From IMG/VR virus record IMGVR_UViG_3300042545_000094, positions 1-60,104 of that record: DNA of 60,104 nucleotides. One strand, 5' to 3'. This document shows, one piece after another, positions 19,604-29,431 of this stretch. Both the position numbers and the translations under genes were made by a program. This stretch comes from a virus. Its lineage: Duplodnaviria > Caudoviricetes. The notes below the pieces were generated by a model. That model had not been told where the DNA came from. It ran no database searches and saw only the letters and a program-made list of their open reading frames with translations. Numbering within the stretch: position 1 is the first letter of the stretch; each line of letters starts with the position of its first letter.

Positions 19604-20704
19604 ATGACAACCCCTACAGGTACCATATCGCTTAATGATGTGAACGTAGAACTTGGTTTATCAGGCACCACAACAATTCAAATGAACCAAGCAAACGTCC
19701 GCACACTCGCTGGTGTTGGTGGTTCAGGTACTATCATTTCTATGAATGACCTACGTGGCAAGTCAAACCGTGTAGCTATTAGTTCTACATTCTCATCAAG
19801 CACTGCAAATGCTTCATTAAACCTTTCTGCTCTTGGTGGATACGTTGCTGGCAAGACAGACTTTACAGTAACCATTAACGGTGGCGTGTATCTTTATGCA
19901 ACTTCAACTGCTAACGCTGGTTTAACTCTTACTGGCGGTACTACTGGTGATACTTTAACTATTGTTAATAATGGTTTTATTATGGGTCAGGGCGGTGAAG
20001 GAGGAAACGGCACTAATACTGCGGGTGGCGCTCTTCCAACTGTAGGTGGAACTGCTTTGTCCATACCTATTTCTGCAACAATAAACAACACTAATGCTTC
20101 CGCTTATATTGGCGGTGGTGGCGGTGGTGGTGGTTGGGCAGCATTTGCTACTTATAGTGCCCCACTTATTATGGAAGGTGGTGGTGGCGGTGCTGGTGGC
20201 GGTAAAGGTGGTAATGGTGCTCGAGTAGGTGGTTCCGACCTTATTATTGGACCATCTGGGGGTGCAATTGGAAGTTCCGGTTCTAATGGCGGAACTACTA
20301 ATACTGTTTATAGCAGTGGCGGGTCAGGGGGAAGAATATTCCCAGCAATAAATACATCAAAAACGTATACGTCAACAGGAAGTGCTGGCAATAGTTCATT
20401 CGGACTTGGTGGCTCAGGAGGAGGTACTGGGGCATTTTATATGATTGCAGTTGGCGTGACTGGAACATCTACTGGCGGTGGTGGAAATAACGCTGGTTCA
20501 GCATCTGTTACTGGAACTACAAACCAAAGTTCTGCTGGTGGAGGTGGTGGTGGTTGGGGTGCATCAGGCTCAAGTGGAGCTACCACTATGACTGGTGGTG
20601 GAGCTTCCGCTGGTGCGGCAGGCGGGAAAGCTGTAAACCTTAACGGGAACTCAGTAACTTGGGTATCAGGTAACACAACAAGAGTTTATGGGGCTGTATC
20701 GTGA
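19604..20704 (+). CDS. Glycine-rich receptor-binding adhesin (T-even gp38-like)
   Basis: Multiple polyglycine motifs (IGGGGGGGG, GGGGGWG) and C-terminal GGKAV...RVYGAVS. Confidence 0.75.
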   Translation: MTTPTGTISLNDVNVELGLSGTTTIQMNQANVRTLAGVGGSGTIISMNDLRGKSNRVAISSTFSSSTANASLNLSALGGYVAGKTDFTVTINGGVYLYATSTANAGLTLTGGTTGDTLTIVNNGFIMGQGGEGGNGTNTAGGALPTVGGTALSIPISATINNTNASAYIGGGGGGGGWAAFATYSAPLIMEGGGGGAGGGKGGNGARVGGSDLIIGPSGGAIGSSGSNGGTTNTVYSSGGSGGRIFPAINTSKTYTSTGSAGNSSFGLGGSGGGTGAFYMIAVGVTGTSTGGGGNNAGSASVTGTTNQSSAGGGGGGWGASGSSGATTMTGGGASAGAAGGKAVNLNGNSVTWVSGNTTRVYGAVS

Positions 20705-20937
20705 TTAGATATGCAGTTTTAAACCCTATGAGTGGGGAATACACAAAAGTTAATTCAGAACAAGAAGCTCAAAAATTAGCTGTTCAAAACATCATTGATT
20801 TTTATAAAAGCCATACGCACAGTCAGCTATACCAGCAAATTGAAGTAGACGAACAAGGTAATGAAACTTGGAAGTATGAGAACAATGGAACTGAATTGCC
20901 TATTGAATATTTAGAGCAAATTAAATCTGCGCTATGA
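20701..20937 (+). CDS. Hypothetical protein
   Basis: GTGA overlap with the adhesin gene. Confidence 0.65.
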   Translation: MIRYAVLNPMSGEYTKVNSEQEAQKLAVQNIIDFYKSHTHSQLYQQIEVDEQGNETWKYENNGTELPIEYLEQIKSAL

Positions 20938-21473
20938 AAAACTACACATTACCAAAAATAGAAATACCTGATACATGGATAAATGCACAAGCGTTTTGTG
21001 ATTGGTACATGGATAATGGAATGCCTTTCAGACCTCCTAATAATGAAGTTTTTTTATCTGATGACGCTACTGCAACTTGCTTATTTAGACATAATCAATT
21101 TCAAGTAGAGCTTTATTTAATTCACCCCACGCCATTAATTCAATTACATGAACACCCTAACGTAGAAGTAATAAAATTAAGATTGTTTAAAGATGATGCT
21201 ATTGCCACAGATACATTAATGATGGGTCAATCTCATGGAGATGGCATGAGGTCAGAGGCTAATGATAAAGGGTTTCAATTACTGGCTTTTCAGCATTGGA
21301 AAAAAGACAAGCCGACTACAATTGCATCCGCTTGGAAAGGCAAAACAGTTGGACCAAAACATGAGGCTCTTATTAAAAGATTTCACCCAAACGCATTGGT
21401 GTTAGATGGGTATGCAGACATAACGAAACCAAGTAACTATTTAGAGGTATTAAAAAATGGCACGAATCCCTGA
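20934..21473 (+). CDS. Cupin-like hypothetical protein
   Basis: FQVELYL...HEHPNVE and a later SHG suggest a cupin metal site. Confidence 0.5.
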   Translation: MKNYTLPKIEIPDTWINAQAFCDWYMDNGMPFRPPNNEVFLSDDATATCLFRHNQFQVELYLIHPTPLIQLHEHPNVEVIKLRLFKDDAIATDTLMMGQSHGDGMRSEANDKGFQLLAFQHWKKDKPTTIASAWKGKTVGPKHEALIKRFHPNALVLDGYADITKPSNYLEVLKNGTNP

Positions 21474-22110
21474 AACCGAAGTAATGAATGACCCAGCAAG
21501 CGTTGATGGATACACATTAGCTACGCAAACTGGGGGATTGGCTAATTTTCTAATGAATAAAATGCCAAAAATAAATGACGAATTGGATATTGCTGATATT
21601 GGTTGCGGTAATTGGGCTTATGTTTCGTCTTTAGTATCTTTTTATCCGAACGCTAATTTGTTTGGGTACGACGCTTCCGCTTTAATGCTTGATAAAGCTA
21701 GGGAGATTATCCCGCAAAATAAATGCACGCTTACTGAAGTTAGTCCTAGTGATGTTGAAATACCAAGCAATAATTTTGATATTGTCATTAGTTCTTTATT
21801 GTTGCATCAATACTTAGACCCAATGGTAATGTGGAATACTATAAAAAGAATAGGAAAAGTCGGTTCAACATTTTACATGTTTGACTTATTAAGAGTTGAA
21901 GATGAGGCTATTTGTAATGACATTGTAAAAAATTACGCACCTCCAATTTCAACTGTTGAATTTCAAAAAGACTATTTTAATACTTTAAGAGCATCATTTA
22001 CTGTTGAAGAAATCCAACAACAATTATCTGAAGCTGGGCTAACTGCAACCGTAACAACGCAAGAAATTTATCCTAATTGCTCAGTTGTTTACATAACAGG
22101 AACGCTATGA
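21457..22110 (+). CDS. Class I SAM-dependent methyltransferase
   Basis: IADIGCG, GYDASALML, FDIVISSLLLH. Confidence 0.9.
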   Translation: MARIPETEVMNDPASVDGYTLATQTGGLANFLMNKMPKINDELDIADIGCGNWAYVSSLVSFYPNANLFGYDASALMLDKAREIIPQNKCTLTEVSPSDVEIPSNNFDIVISSLLLHQYLDPMVMWNTIKRIGKVGSTFYMFDLLRVEDEAICNDIVKNYAPPISTVEFQKDYFNTLRASFTVEEIQQQLSEAGLTATVTTQEIYPNCSVVYITGTL

Positions 22111-22325
22111 TTATCCAAAACGAAGCAACTAAACTAGAAGACGGCACCCTAGCGCCAGCGCATAAGATTGAAATCTACTGCCCAAGCTGCAGCCGTGACG
22201 TAGATGAGGCTGAACTAGCCGCACAGAAATGCAGTGATTGCGGCGCTGACTTATCTACACCTAAACAATCTGTGGGTATTGTAGTAACGTCTAAGCCGAT
22301 TGGCACAAAAATCTGGGGTCAATAA
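22107..22325 (+). CDS. Small zinc-ribbon protein
   Basis: CPSC...CSDC; ATGA overlap at 22107. Confidence 0.7.
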   Translation: MIIQNEATKLEDGTLAPAHKIEIYCPSCSRDVDEAELAAQKCSDCGADLSTPKQSVGIVVTSKPIGTKIWGQ

Positions 22326-22907
22326 TTGAAAGATTTACTGCCACAAATACTGGCTTATGTTAGTAGCCCCTTTAGGCTATTTGCTATTGTTGTTATGGCA
22401 GTATTAACTTTTGCTGGTTACTTTGTTTGGCAGAACCAAGAAGTAATGATTGGGGCTTATAAAAAGTCTAAAGAATTACCTGCAATGAACTCTAGCAAGT
22501 ATGAAGACGCATCAAAACTACTTTTCAAAGGGGTGGGTGCTGATGTTGTTGTTATATTCTCAGTAAATACGGTGTTGGGTAATCGTGTTGTAGAAAGAGC
22601 TTATTTACCTGACCAACGCTACAAAGAATTTGATGGGTATGATGTGGGCCTATTTAGCAAAAATTTAGCTAATAATAATGACATTATTAAGTTAATGGCC
22701 GATGAGATACCTTGTTCAGAATACCCTAAAGCTCAGTCAGAGATAGGTCTTTGGTACAAAGCCATAGGTATTAATTACACGTGCCGTATTGCAGTACCAC
22801 CTAGCAACAATCAATTTATTGGGCAAATCACGGTTGGTTGGAAAGAAAAACCCGCTGACCCTGAAGCCATGTTAATAATTGCATCATCAATGCTTATGAG
22901 GAAATAA
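22326..22907 (+). CDS. Single-TM protein resembling T4 holin T
   Basis: N-terminal TM followed by a soluble domain ending YTCRIAVPP...FIGQITVGW; located in the lysis cluster. Confidence 0.5.
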   Translation: MKDLLPQILAYVSSPFRLFAIVVMAVLTFAGYFVWQNQEVMIGAYKKSKELPAMNSSKYEDASKLLFKGVGADVVVIFSVNTVLGNRVVERAYLPDQRYKEFDGYDVGLFSKNLANNNDIIKLMADEIPCSEYPKAQSEIGLWYKAIGINYTCRIAVPPSNNQFIGQITVGWKEKPADPEAMLIIASSMLMRK

Positions 22908-23374
22908 TGGAAGCACTTATATCAATACTTAAATCAGCAGCCCCTGCTTTAGCTACGGCTGTTGCTGGTCCTTTAGGCGGTGCGGCGGTTACTATGATTG
23001 CTGACAAACTTGGCTTATCGGATAAAACAGTTGACGCGGTGACGCAAGCGCTGACTACAAATCCTGAGAGTATTCAAAAACTTAAAGAGCTAGACCTTGA
23101 GTTTGCTAAGGTTGACGCTGCTGACCGCGATTCAGCACGCAAAATGCAGATGACAAATAGGTCTAGAATGCCTGCGGTTTTGTCCGTTGTTACGATTATC
23201 GGGTTCTTTAGCTTGTTGCTTGGTGCAGCTACTGGTTATTTATCATTGACAGGCTCTGATGTGATGATGTTATTACTCGGTGTACTAGCAAGAGAGACCG
23301 CTTCTGTTTATAACTTCTGGTTAGGTTCAAGCAACAGCAGCCAACAAAAAGACATGGTTAAAGGACTCAAATGA
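22907..23374 (+). CDS. Holin-like membrane protein
   Basis: AP.LATA..GPLGG N-terminus, DRDSAR, two TM segments and FWLGSS; directly before the endolysin. Confidence 0.65.
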   Translation: MEALISILKSAAPALATAVAGPLGGAAVTMIADKLGLSDKTVDAVTQALTTNPESIQKLKELDLEFAKVDAADRDSARKMQMTNRSRMPAVLSVVTIIGFFSLLLGAATGYLSLTGSDVMMLLLGVLARETASVYNFWLGSSNSSQQKDMVKGLK

Positions 23375-23808
23375 ACCTAACCCCACACTTCACCCTTGAA
23401 GAACTAACCACTAGCGAGACAGCTGTCCGTAATGGCTTAGACAACACCCCAGGCCCTGTTGCGTATCAAAACTTAGTGCGTTTAGCTAACTTCCTAGAAG
23501 AGGTTAAAAAGGTGCTTGGTGGTAAGCCGATTATGATTAATTCAGCTTATCGTGGTCCTGAAGTAAATAAGCACGTAGGTGGGTCTAAGGCAAGCCAGCA
23601 TATGGTTGGTTGCGCTGCTGATATTCGTGTTCCTGGAATGACCCCAGATGCTATTTGCCGTGCGATTATTGCTTCAAAACTTCAGTATGACCAGTTAATC
23701 CGTGAGTTTGATTCTTGGACACATATCAGCATACCTAACGAAGAGGGCTCGACACCGAGAGGCCAAACGCTTATCATTGACCGTGCAGGAACCCGTCCAT
23801 TTGTCTGA
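23371..23808 (+). CDS. Endolysin, peptidase M15 family
   Basis: HFTLEEL, INSAYR, SQH..G.AAD, WTHIS. Confidence 0.9.
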   Translation: MNLTPHFTLEELTTSETAVRNGLDNTPGPVAYQNLVRLANFLEEVKKVLGGKPIMINSAYRGPEVNKHVGGSKASQHMVGCAADIRVPGMTPDAICRAIIASKLQYDQLIREFDSWTHISIPNEEGSTPRGQTLIIDRAGTRPFV

Positions 23809-23816
23809 GGTAAATT

Positions 23817-25709
23817 ATGCCATTCCAGAAGCTACAATTTAAGCCTGGGGTCAATCGAGACCAAACTAACTACACTAACGAGGGTGGTTGGTACGAGTGC
23901 GACAAAGTTAGGTTTCGTTCTGGTATGCCAGAAAAAATTGGGGGTTGGTTAAAAGCCACATCTCAAACAATGATTGGCTCATGTCGCCAGCTATTTGGAT
24001 GGGTTACGTCTTACACTGATAACTTCTTAGCTTGTGGCACAAATAAAAAGGCCTATATTGAAGTTGGTGCTATTTTTTATGACATTACGCCGCTACGTGC
24101 CGCTACACCAACGCTAACTACTCCTGTTACAGATAACTGTATTACTACAACTAATGGGTCAAGTACCGTAACTATTGTGGCGGTTGGGGCTGCGCCGATT
24201 GAAAATAACTACGTTACTATTTCCGGCGCTACGGCGGTTGGTGGTATTTCCGCCGCATTATTAAACGCAAACCACAAGATTGTTACTGCGATTAATACAA
24301 ATGCTTTTACTATAGTTGTAGGGGCAAATGCTACGTCTGGTGCGACTGGCGGCGGTACTGCGATTGACTTAGAGTTTGAAATTAACGTTGGTAATGCGTC
24401 TTCTACACTAGGCTATGGCTGGGGCACAAGTACATGGAACGACAACTTTGGTTGGGGCTTATCTAGCCCAGTGCCTATTGACTTACCGCAGCAAGATTGG
24501 TGGTTTGACCAGTTTGATAACAACTTAGTTATGAATATTCGTAACGGCCCTATTTATTACTGGGAGCGTGGTACAGACCCTAACCCTGGTGTTTCTTTAA
24601 CTACAAGGGCTGTTTTACTGTCTACTATTTCTGGAGCCGCTGACGTACCTAATAAGGCTATGCAGACATTGGTATCTCAAAACGATAAACATTTGTTAGC
24701 TTTTGGTTGCCAACCCTACGCAGGTCTATCTACTGACTATGACCCACTGTTAATTCGTTGGGCTTCTCAAGACGACCCTGGTATGTGGACACCACAAGTA
24801 ACTAACACGGCGGGCTTTCTTCGTGTAGGCCGAGGTTCTAACATTGTGCGGGCTGTACCAACACGTCAAGAGATTCTAGTGTTTACTGAGTCTACGCTTA
24901 ATTCGTTGCAATTCACTGGCACTTCTGATGTGTTTTCATTGCAAGAAATTGGCGATAATATATCTATTATTGGCCCTCGTGCAGTTACTGTAGTTAACAA
25001 TATGACCTTCTGGATGGGTCACGATAAGTTCTATGTCTACTCAGGTCGAGTAGAAACACTCCCTTGTACCTTACGTAACTTTGTGTTTAATAACATTAAC
25101 TTTGACCAAGCCGACCAAATTGTGTGCGGGACTAATGAAGGTTGGAATGAAGTTTGGTGGATGTACCCAAGTGGCACAAGTCAATATAACAATGCTTACG
25201 TTATTTACAATCATTTAGAACGTATTTGGTACTACGGCAATATTTCTCGCACCGCTTGGATAGATAGCCCGTTGCGTGAGTTCCCACAAGCTGTGTTTAC
25301 TGATGATACGACTGAGTTAAGTTACTTATATAACCACGAATCTGGCACAAACGATGACGGCGCACCGATGACTGCTTATATTCAGTCTTCTGACTTTGAC
25401 CTAATGGAAGGCGACCAGTTTGTATTGACACGTCGTATGATTCCTGACGTTAACTTTGATGGCTCTACGGCTACTAACCCAGAGGCTAACTTCATTATTC
25501 GTCCACGCAACTTCCCAGGCAGTTCGTTCTACAACAACGCAAGTAATACGCAACGGGTTATTCAAACTACGGTTAATCAATTCACAGAGCAAGTATTTAT
25601 CCGTGCCCGTGCTCGTCAGTTAGCATTAAAAATTGAATCTACTGGCTTAGATACACAATGGCAACTAGGTAGTCCGCGTTTAGATATGCGTCCGGACGGT
25701 AAGAGATAA
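23817..25709 (+). CDS. Tail nozzle/DNA-stabilisation protein (P22 gp10-like)
   Basis: 630 aa with beta-propeller-like content (IRWASQ, FWMG); sits before the ejection genes. Confidence 0.65.
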   Translation: MPFQKLQFKPGVNRDQTNYTNEGGWYECDKVRFRSGMPEKIGGWLKATSQTMIGSCRQLFGWVTSYTDNFLACGTNKKAYIEVGAIFYDITPLRAATPTLTTPVTDNCITTTNGSSTVTIVAVGAAPIENNYVTISGATAVGGISAALLNANHKIVTAINTNAFTIVVGANATSGATGGGTAIDLEFEINVGNASSTLGYGWGTSTWNDNFGWGLSSPVPIDLPQQDWWFDQFDNNLVMNIRNGPIYYWERGTDPNPGVSLTTRAVLLSTISGAADVPNKAMQTLVSQNDKHLLAFGCQPYAGLSTDYDPLLIRWASQDDPGMWTPQVTNTAGFLRVGRGSNIVRAVPTRQEILVFTESTLNSLQFTGTSDVFSLQEIGDNISIIGPRAVTVVNNMTFWMGHDKFYVYSGRVETLPCTLRNFVFNNINFDQADQIVCGTNEGWNEVWWMYPSGTSQYNNAYVIYNHLERIWYYGNISRTAWIDSPLREFPQAVFTDDTTELSYLYNHESGTNDDGAPMTAYIQSSDFDLMEGDQFVLTRRMIPDVNFDGSTATNPEANFIIRPRNFPGSSFYNNASNTQRVIQTTVNQFTEQVFIRARARQLALKIESTGLDTQWQLGSPRLDMRPDGKR

Positions 25710-26392
25710 TGCCGATTATTCAAAAAAGGTTTGTTGCCCCTGCGCTTCCTACGGCGCCAGCTGAATACGACCAGCGTAGAGATGACCAACTTAACTACTC
25801 TCTGCGCTTGTACTTTAACTTACTGGACAGATATTTAGCTTCATTCGCTGGGTCAAGCGGTGGGTCAATAATTAGTCTTCCTTTTATTGCGGCTTCAGAC
25901 AGCACCGACCAGCTTGCAACAGCATCAAATACAGCTACGGCTGTTAAATGGGATACGCTTGAAGGCGGTAACGGGTTTACTCTAAATGCTCCTGGGTCAG
26001 CTACAGCACTTTTTTCTGGTGTATACAAGATTACATACAGTCTTCAGTTTACAAACACTGACAACGTTGCCCATGATGCGGCGGTATGGTTAAAAATAGA
26101 TACGGGTTCTGGGTTTGTAGATGTACCTCGTTCAAGCACAATATTTACTGTGCCAGCCCGTAAAAGCGCTGGAGTCTTTTCGTATGTAACTGCGTACTCC
26201 GAAGTAGTGTTTACACTAAACGCAGGAGATATAATGGAGTTGTACTGGGCAACTAACCAAGCCTATGCCATTTCTCCTGCAACAAACGGTGTTTATATGG
26301 AGCATTTAGCAGCGCAAACCAGCCCGTATGCCAGACCTGCTACTCCGTCTGCAATTGGCTCAATAACATTTGTATCGGCAACAGCAACATGA
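25709..26392 (+). CDS. Tail-associated protein with C1q/BclA-like beta sandwich
   Basis: GVYKITYSLQF and LNAGDIMELYW. Confidence 0.55.
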   Translation: MPIIQKRFVAPALPTAPAEYDQRRDDQLNYSLRLYFNLLDRYLASFAGSSGGSIISLPFIAASDSTDQLATASNTATAVKWDTLEGGNGFTLNAPGSATALFSGVYKITYSLQFTNTDNVAHDAAVWLKIDTGSGFVDVPRSSTIFTVPARKSAGVFSYVTAYSEVVFTLNAGDIMELYWATNQAYAISPATNGVYMEHLAAQTSPYARPATPSAIGSITFVSATAT

Positions 26393-26426
26393 TAACATTC
26401 AACATAATTAACCCAGCGGGGCAACA

Positions 26427-27803
26427 ATGAGCCTACATGTAGCAGCAAAACACTTAGCGTCTAAAGGACGTGATGGCGACACCGAATTAGTCCATATGAC
26501 TAAGGGTGAGATTAAAGGTCTTCAAGGACTAGCTTTAGCGGCTGGTGGTTCTCTAAGTATTAACCCTGATACGGGTCTTGTTGAAGCTAATTTTTTAAAA
26601 CGCATGCTGCCTTTAATAGCGGGTGCGGCGCTAAGTCCGTTTCTTACTCCTATGGGGGCGGCTGCAGTTGTAGGTGGCTTTGAAACGGCTAGAACTGGGG
26701 ATATTGGTAAAGGATTGATGGCTGGTTTAGGTGCCTACGGTGGTGCTGGTTTAACAAGTGGATTAAGTACAGCAGGTGCACAAACTGGTGCTGCTGGAAC
26801 GACAACAGCTGGTGTACAAGCTACCCCAATAGCAACAACGGCAACTGAAAACGTAGGTGCGAATGCTTTAAGAGAATCTGCTGGCGCAGGATTATCAACC
26901 CCAATAAGTGCCCCACCAGTAAATATGGGTGCGGAAGCATTAAAAGCGAGTGTAACTCCTCCAGTTACTATGGGTAACGTAGGAGCAGGATTTAGTGCAG
27001 ACCCTAGCGCTATTTACAATGCAATGCCAAAAGGTACTATGTTGGGGTTAGGTGCAACTACTGTTAATGCTTTAACTCCAGAATATGAAATGCCTGGGCC
27101 TACGGAGGAAGAAGATTACGGTCCATACAAGTTAAAACGTTTATCAGCTAATTTCCAAGGTTCTACTCCTGTACAGCCAAATCCATACTATAGACCTACT
27201 GGTTTAGGTTACGCTGAAGGCGGTGATGTAATGCTTGCTGCTGGTGGTTCTTATGATGACGAGCCTATTGGTGATATGCCTGGTATGGCTTCTGGTGGTG
27301 TTGCTGCTTACTCTAACCAAGGACAAGTACGTCATTTACCAGAGTCAGTAGGTATTCCAAGAACAGGTATTTTCCGTGATACAGATTCTGATACTGCTCT
27401 AAAAGACGCATGGGAAGCGACTCAAGTTCGTAACAAAAAACTAGCTAAAGCTACGAACGTCAAACTAGCTGCTATGCCAAAGACTTCTGTTAAGGGTCTT
27501 GGAGATGTTGAACAGATGGCTGGCGGTGGTCTAGGGGGGTACTCAGATGGTGGAAGAATGCTTAAAGGTCCTGGCGATGGTATGTCTGATAGCATCCCTG
27601 CCACTATTGGTCGTAAGCAACCCGCGAGGTTGGCTGATGGTGAGTTCGTTGTCCCTGCTGATGTTGTGTCGCATCTTGGGAATGGTAGTACTGATGCTGG
27701 CGCTAAACGGTTATATGGAATGATGGATAAGATTCGCAAAGCCCGTACTGGCAAAAAGAAACAAGCACCCGCTGTTAAAGCGGATAAATATTTACCGGTT
27801 TAA
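26427..27803 (+). CDS. Internal virion/ejection protein with tape-measure-like C-terminal domain
   Basis: GR.GDT.LVH and INP.TGL.E N-terminus; hydrophobic Gly/Ala segments; five xxxGG motifs; GPGDGMSDSIPA...LADGEFVV. Confidence 0.7.
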   Translation: MSLHVAAKHLASKGRDGDTELVHMTKGEIKGLQGLALAAGGSLSINPDTGLVEANFLKRMLPLIAGAALSPFLTPMGAAAVVGGFETARTGDIGKGLMAGLGAYGGAGLTSGLSTAGAQTGAAGTTTAGVQATPIATTATENVGANALRESAGAGLSTPISAPPVNMGAEALKASVTPPVTMGNVGAGFSADPSAIYNAMPKGTMLGLGATTVNALTPEYEMPGPTEEEDYGPYKLKRLSANFQGSTPVQPNPYYRPTGLGYAEGGDVMLAAGGSYDDEPIGDMPGMASGGVAAYSNQGQVRHLPESVGIPRTGIFRDTDSDTALKDAWEATQVRNKKLAKATNVKLAAMPKTSVKGLGDVEQMAGGGLGGYSDGGRMLKGPGDGMSDSIPATIGRKQPARLADGEFVVPADVVSHLGNGSTDAGAKRLYGMMDKIRKARTGKKKQAPAVKADKYLPV

Positions 27804-27813
27804 GGAGTAGGTT

Positions 27814-28284
27814 ATGGGTATGGGTAGCGGTGAAGGTAGTTTTGGTGGTTTGTTTGGGCGGCTTTTTAGTGAAAATGAATTGTTAGAACAAAAATTAAAA
27901 GCCGAAGAAGCTGCAAGGATTAGAGCTGAAGGCGGAACGCCACTTGGAGAAGACCCAGTTAGAACGCAAACACCCTACGCGCCACCTACACAAACTTCTC
28001 AGTATGCTAATCCTATACCGCAGTATATGCCGGCTAGATTTGATGCCACTCCTTATGGGCAAGCATATCAACAACAGTTTGGGCAAATGATGCCACAACT
28101 AGGGCAATCTTTACCCCCAGTAGAAACTCTACCTCCCGCACAAATTCCACAAGCACAGACGCCAATAAGCGGCTTAGGCGCTTTGGCACAACTTTACGGT
28201 ACGTATAACGCAGCTCCTCAGACTGCAGAAGCACAAGGCGCTCATGCCGCATCTCTAGCTGCGGCGGCTAATACTTCAATTTAA
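27814..28284 (+). CDS. Pro/Gln-rich hypothetical protein
   Basis: AGGAG RBS; low-complexity sequence. Confidence 0.65.
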   Translation: MGMGSGEGSFGGLFGRLFSENELLEQKLKAEEAARIRAEGGTPLGEDPVRTQTPYAPPTQTSQYANPIPQYMPARFDATPYGQAYQQQFGQMMPQLGQSLPPVETLPPAQIPQAQTPISGLGALAQLYGTYNAAPQTAEAQGAHAASLAAAANTSI

Positions 28285-29000
28285 TGGAGTTACAAATAAG
28301 CACCTTATGGATTGAGCGGCTGCTAAAAAAGCCGTTCCATAAGCATTCTTTAGTAGGCGATAAAAAGTTTCATGATGCCTACTATTTTCCTGTAGCTAAA
28401 GAACTAGAAGACAACTTTACAGAGATACAAGCTGAGTTAAAAGGTTTATTGCAAAGATACGACGACTTTGCACCTTTTCAGTCTATCTCACCAGACCAAA
28501 CATATATTTCTAACGACGACCGTTGGAGAATGTTCTTTTTTAAAGCCGCTGGGGTTAACTTTGGGCGTAATAAAGATTTTGCCCCAAAGACAATGGCAAT
28601 ACTAGACAAACACCCTGAGATTATTTCTGCTTATATTTCGGTATTAGGCCCGCATAAGATGCTTAACCCACACGAAGGTCCATGGTCTGGTATCTTGCGT
28701 ATGCACTTAGGTGTTGTGATTCCGGGTAATAAGCAGTGCACTTTAATTAACGGTGGAGAAGCGTATCACTGGGAAGAAGGTAAAACGGTTTTGTTTGATG
28801 ACACCTATGAACATGTAGCTATTAATGACACCTCTGAAATCCGTGCTATTCTGTTCTTAGATGTAATGCGTCCTTTACCGCAACCCTGGAAGTTTATTAA
28901 CTGGGCTATTCTTAAAATGTCTAGACTATTCCCTTATATTTGGATACCCTACTTTAGACATAAGAAGTGGGAAAAGCAGTTTTATAAGGATGCTAAATGA
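28284..29000 (+). CDS. Aspartyl/asparaginyl beta-hydroxylase (AspH/LpxO-like 2OG-Fe(II) dioxygenase)
   Basis: SVLGP...PHEGP..GILRMHLG, W.EG...LFDDTYEH.A.N, R.ILFLDV.RP. Confidence 0.9.
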   Translation: MELQISTLWIERLLKKPFHKHSLVGDKKFHDAYYFPVAKELEDNFTEIQAELKGLLQRYDDFAPFQSISPDQTYISNDDRWRMFFFKAAGVNFGRNKDFAPKTMAILDKHPEIISAYISVLGPHKMLNPHEGPWSGILRMHLGVVIPGNKQCTLINGGEAYHWEEGKTVLFDDTYEHVAINDTSEIRAILFLDVMRPLPQPWKFINWAILKMSRLFPYIWIPYFRHKKWEKQFYKDAK

Positions 29001-29431
29001 TTGAAATATCAATGGTACCCCCGCAGTATGTAGCTCAGTGCTGGCCTAAAATAGAGGGTTACATTGAGAAAGCCGCGGAGTATACTTATGGTAGATTTAC
29101 TGCGGGTAATATTTATGATTTAGTTTCCGAGGGCGATTACCAATTATGGATAGCGTTTGAGGGGCAAAACATTTACGGCGCAGTAGTAACGAATATAGTA
29201 ACTTACCCACAAAGAAAACTATTGTGTATGCAGTTTTGCGGTGGGGAAGACTTAGCATCTTGGAAAGACCCGATGCTTGCTTTACTGCGTAGATTTGCTA
29301 AAGATGTTGGCTGCGATGGAATTGAGTCGACAGCACGCCCAGGATGGGCTAAGATATTTCAAAATGATGGGTTTGCAGCCCATTGGGTAACATTTGAGTT
29401 ACCTTTAGATATGGAGAAAGAGCATGGGTAA
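28997..29431 (+). CDS. GNAT-fold-like virion assembly protein
   Basis: FAKDVGC..IE..ARPGWAK; position equivalent to P22 gp14/T7 gp13. Confidence 0.5.
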   Translation: MIEISMVPPQYVAQCWPKIEGYIEKAAEYTYGRFTAGNIYDLVSEGDYQLWIAFEGQNIYGAVVTNIVTYPQRKLLCMQFCGGEDLASWKDPMLALLRRFAKDVGCDGIESTARPGWAKIFQNDGFAAHWVTFELPLDMEKEHG

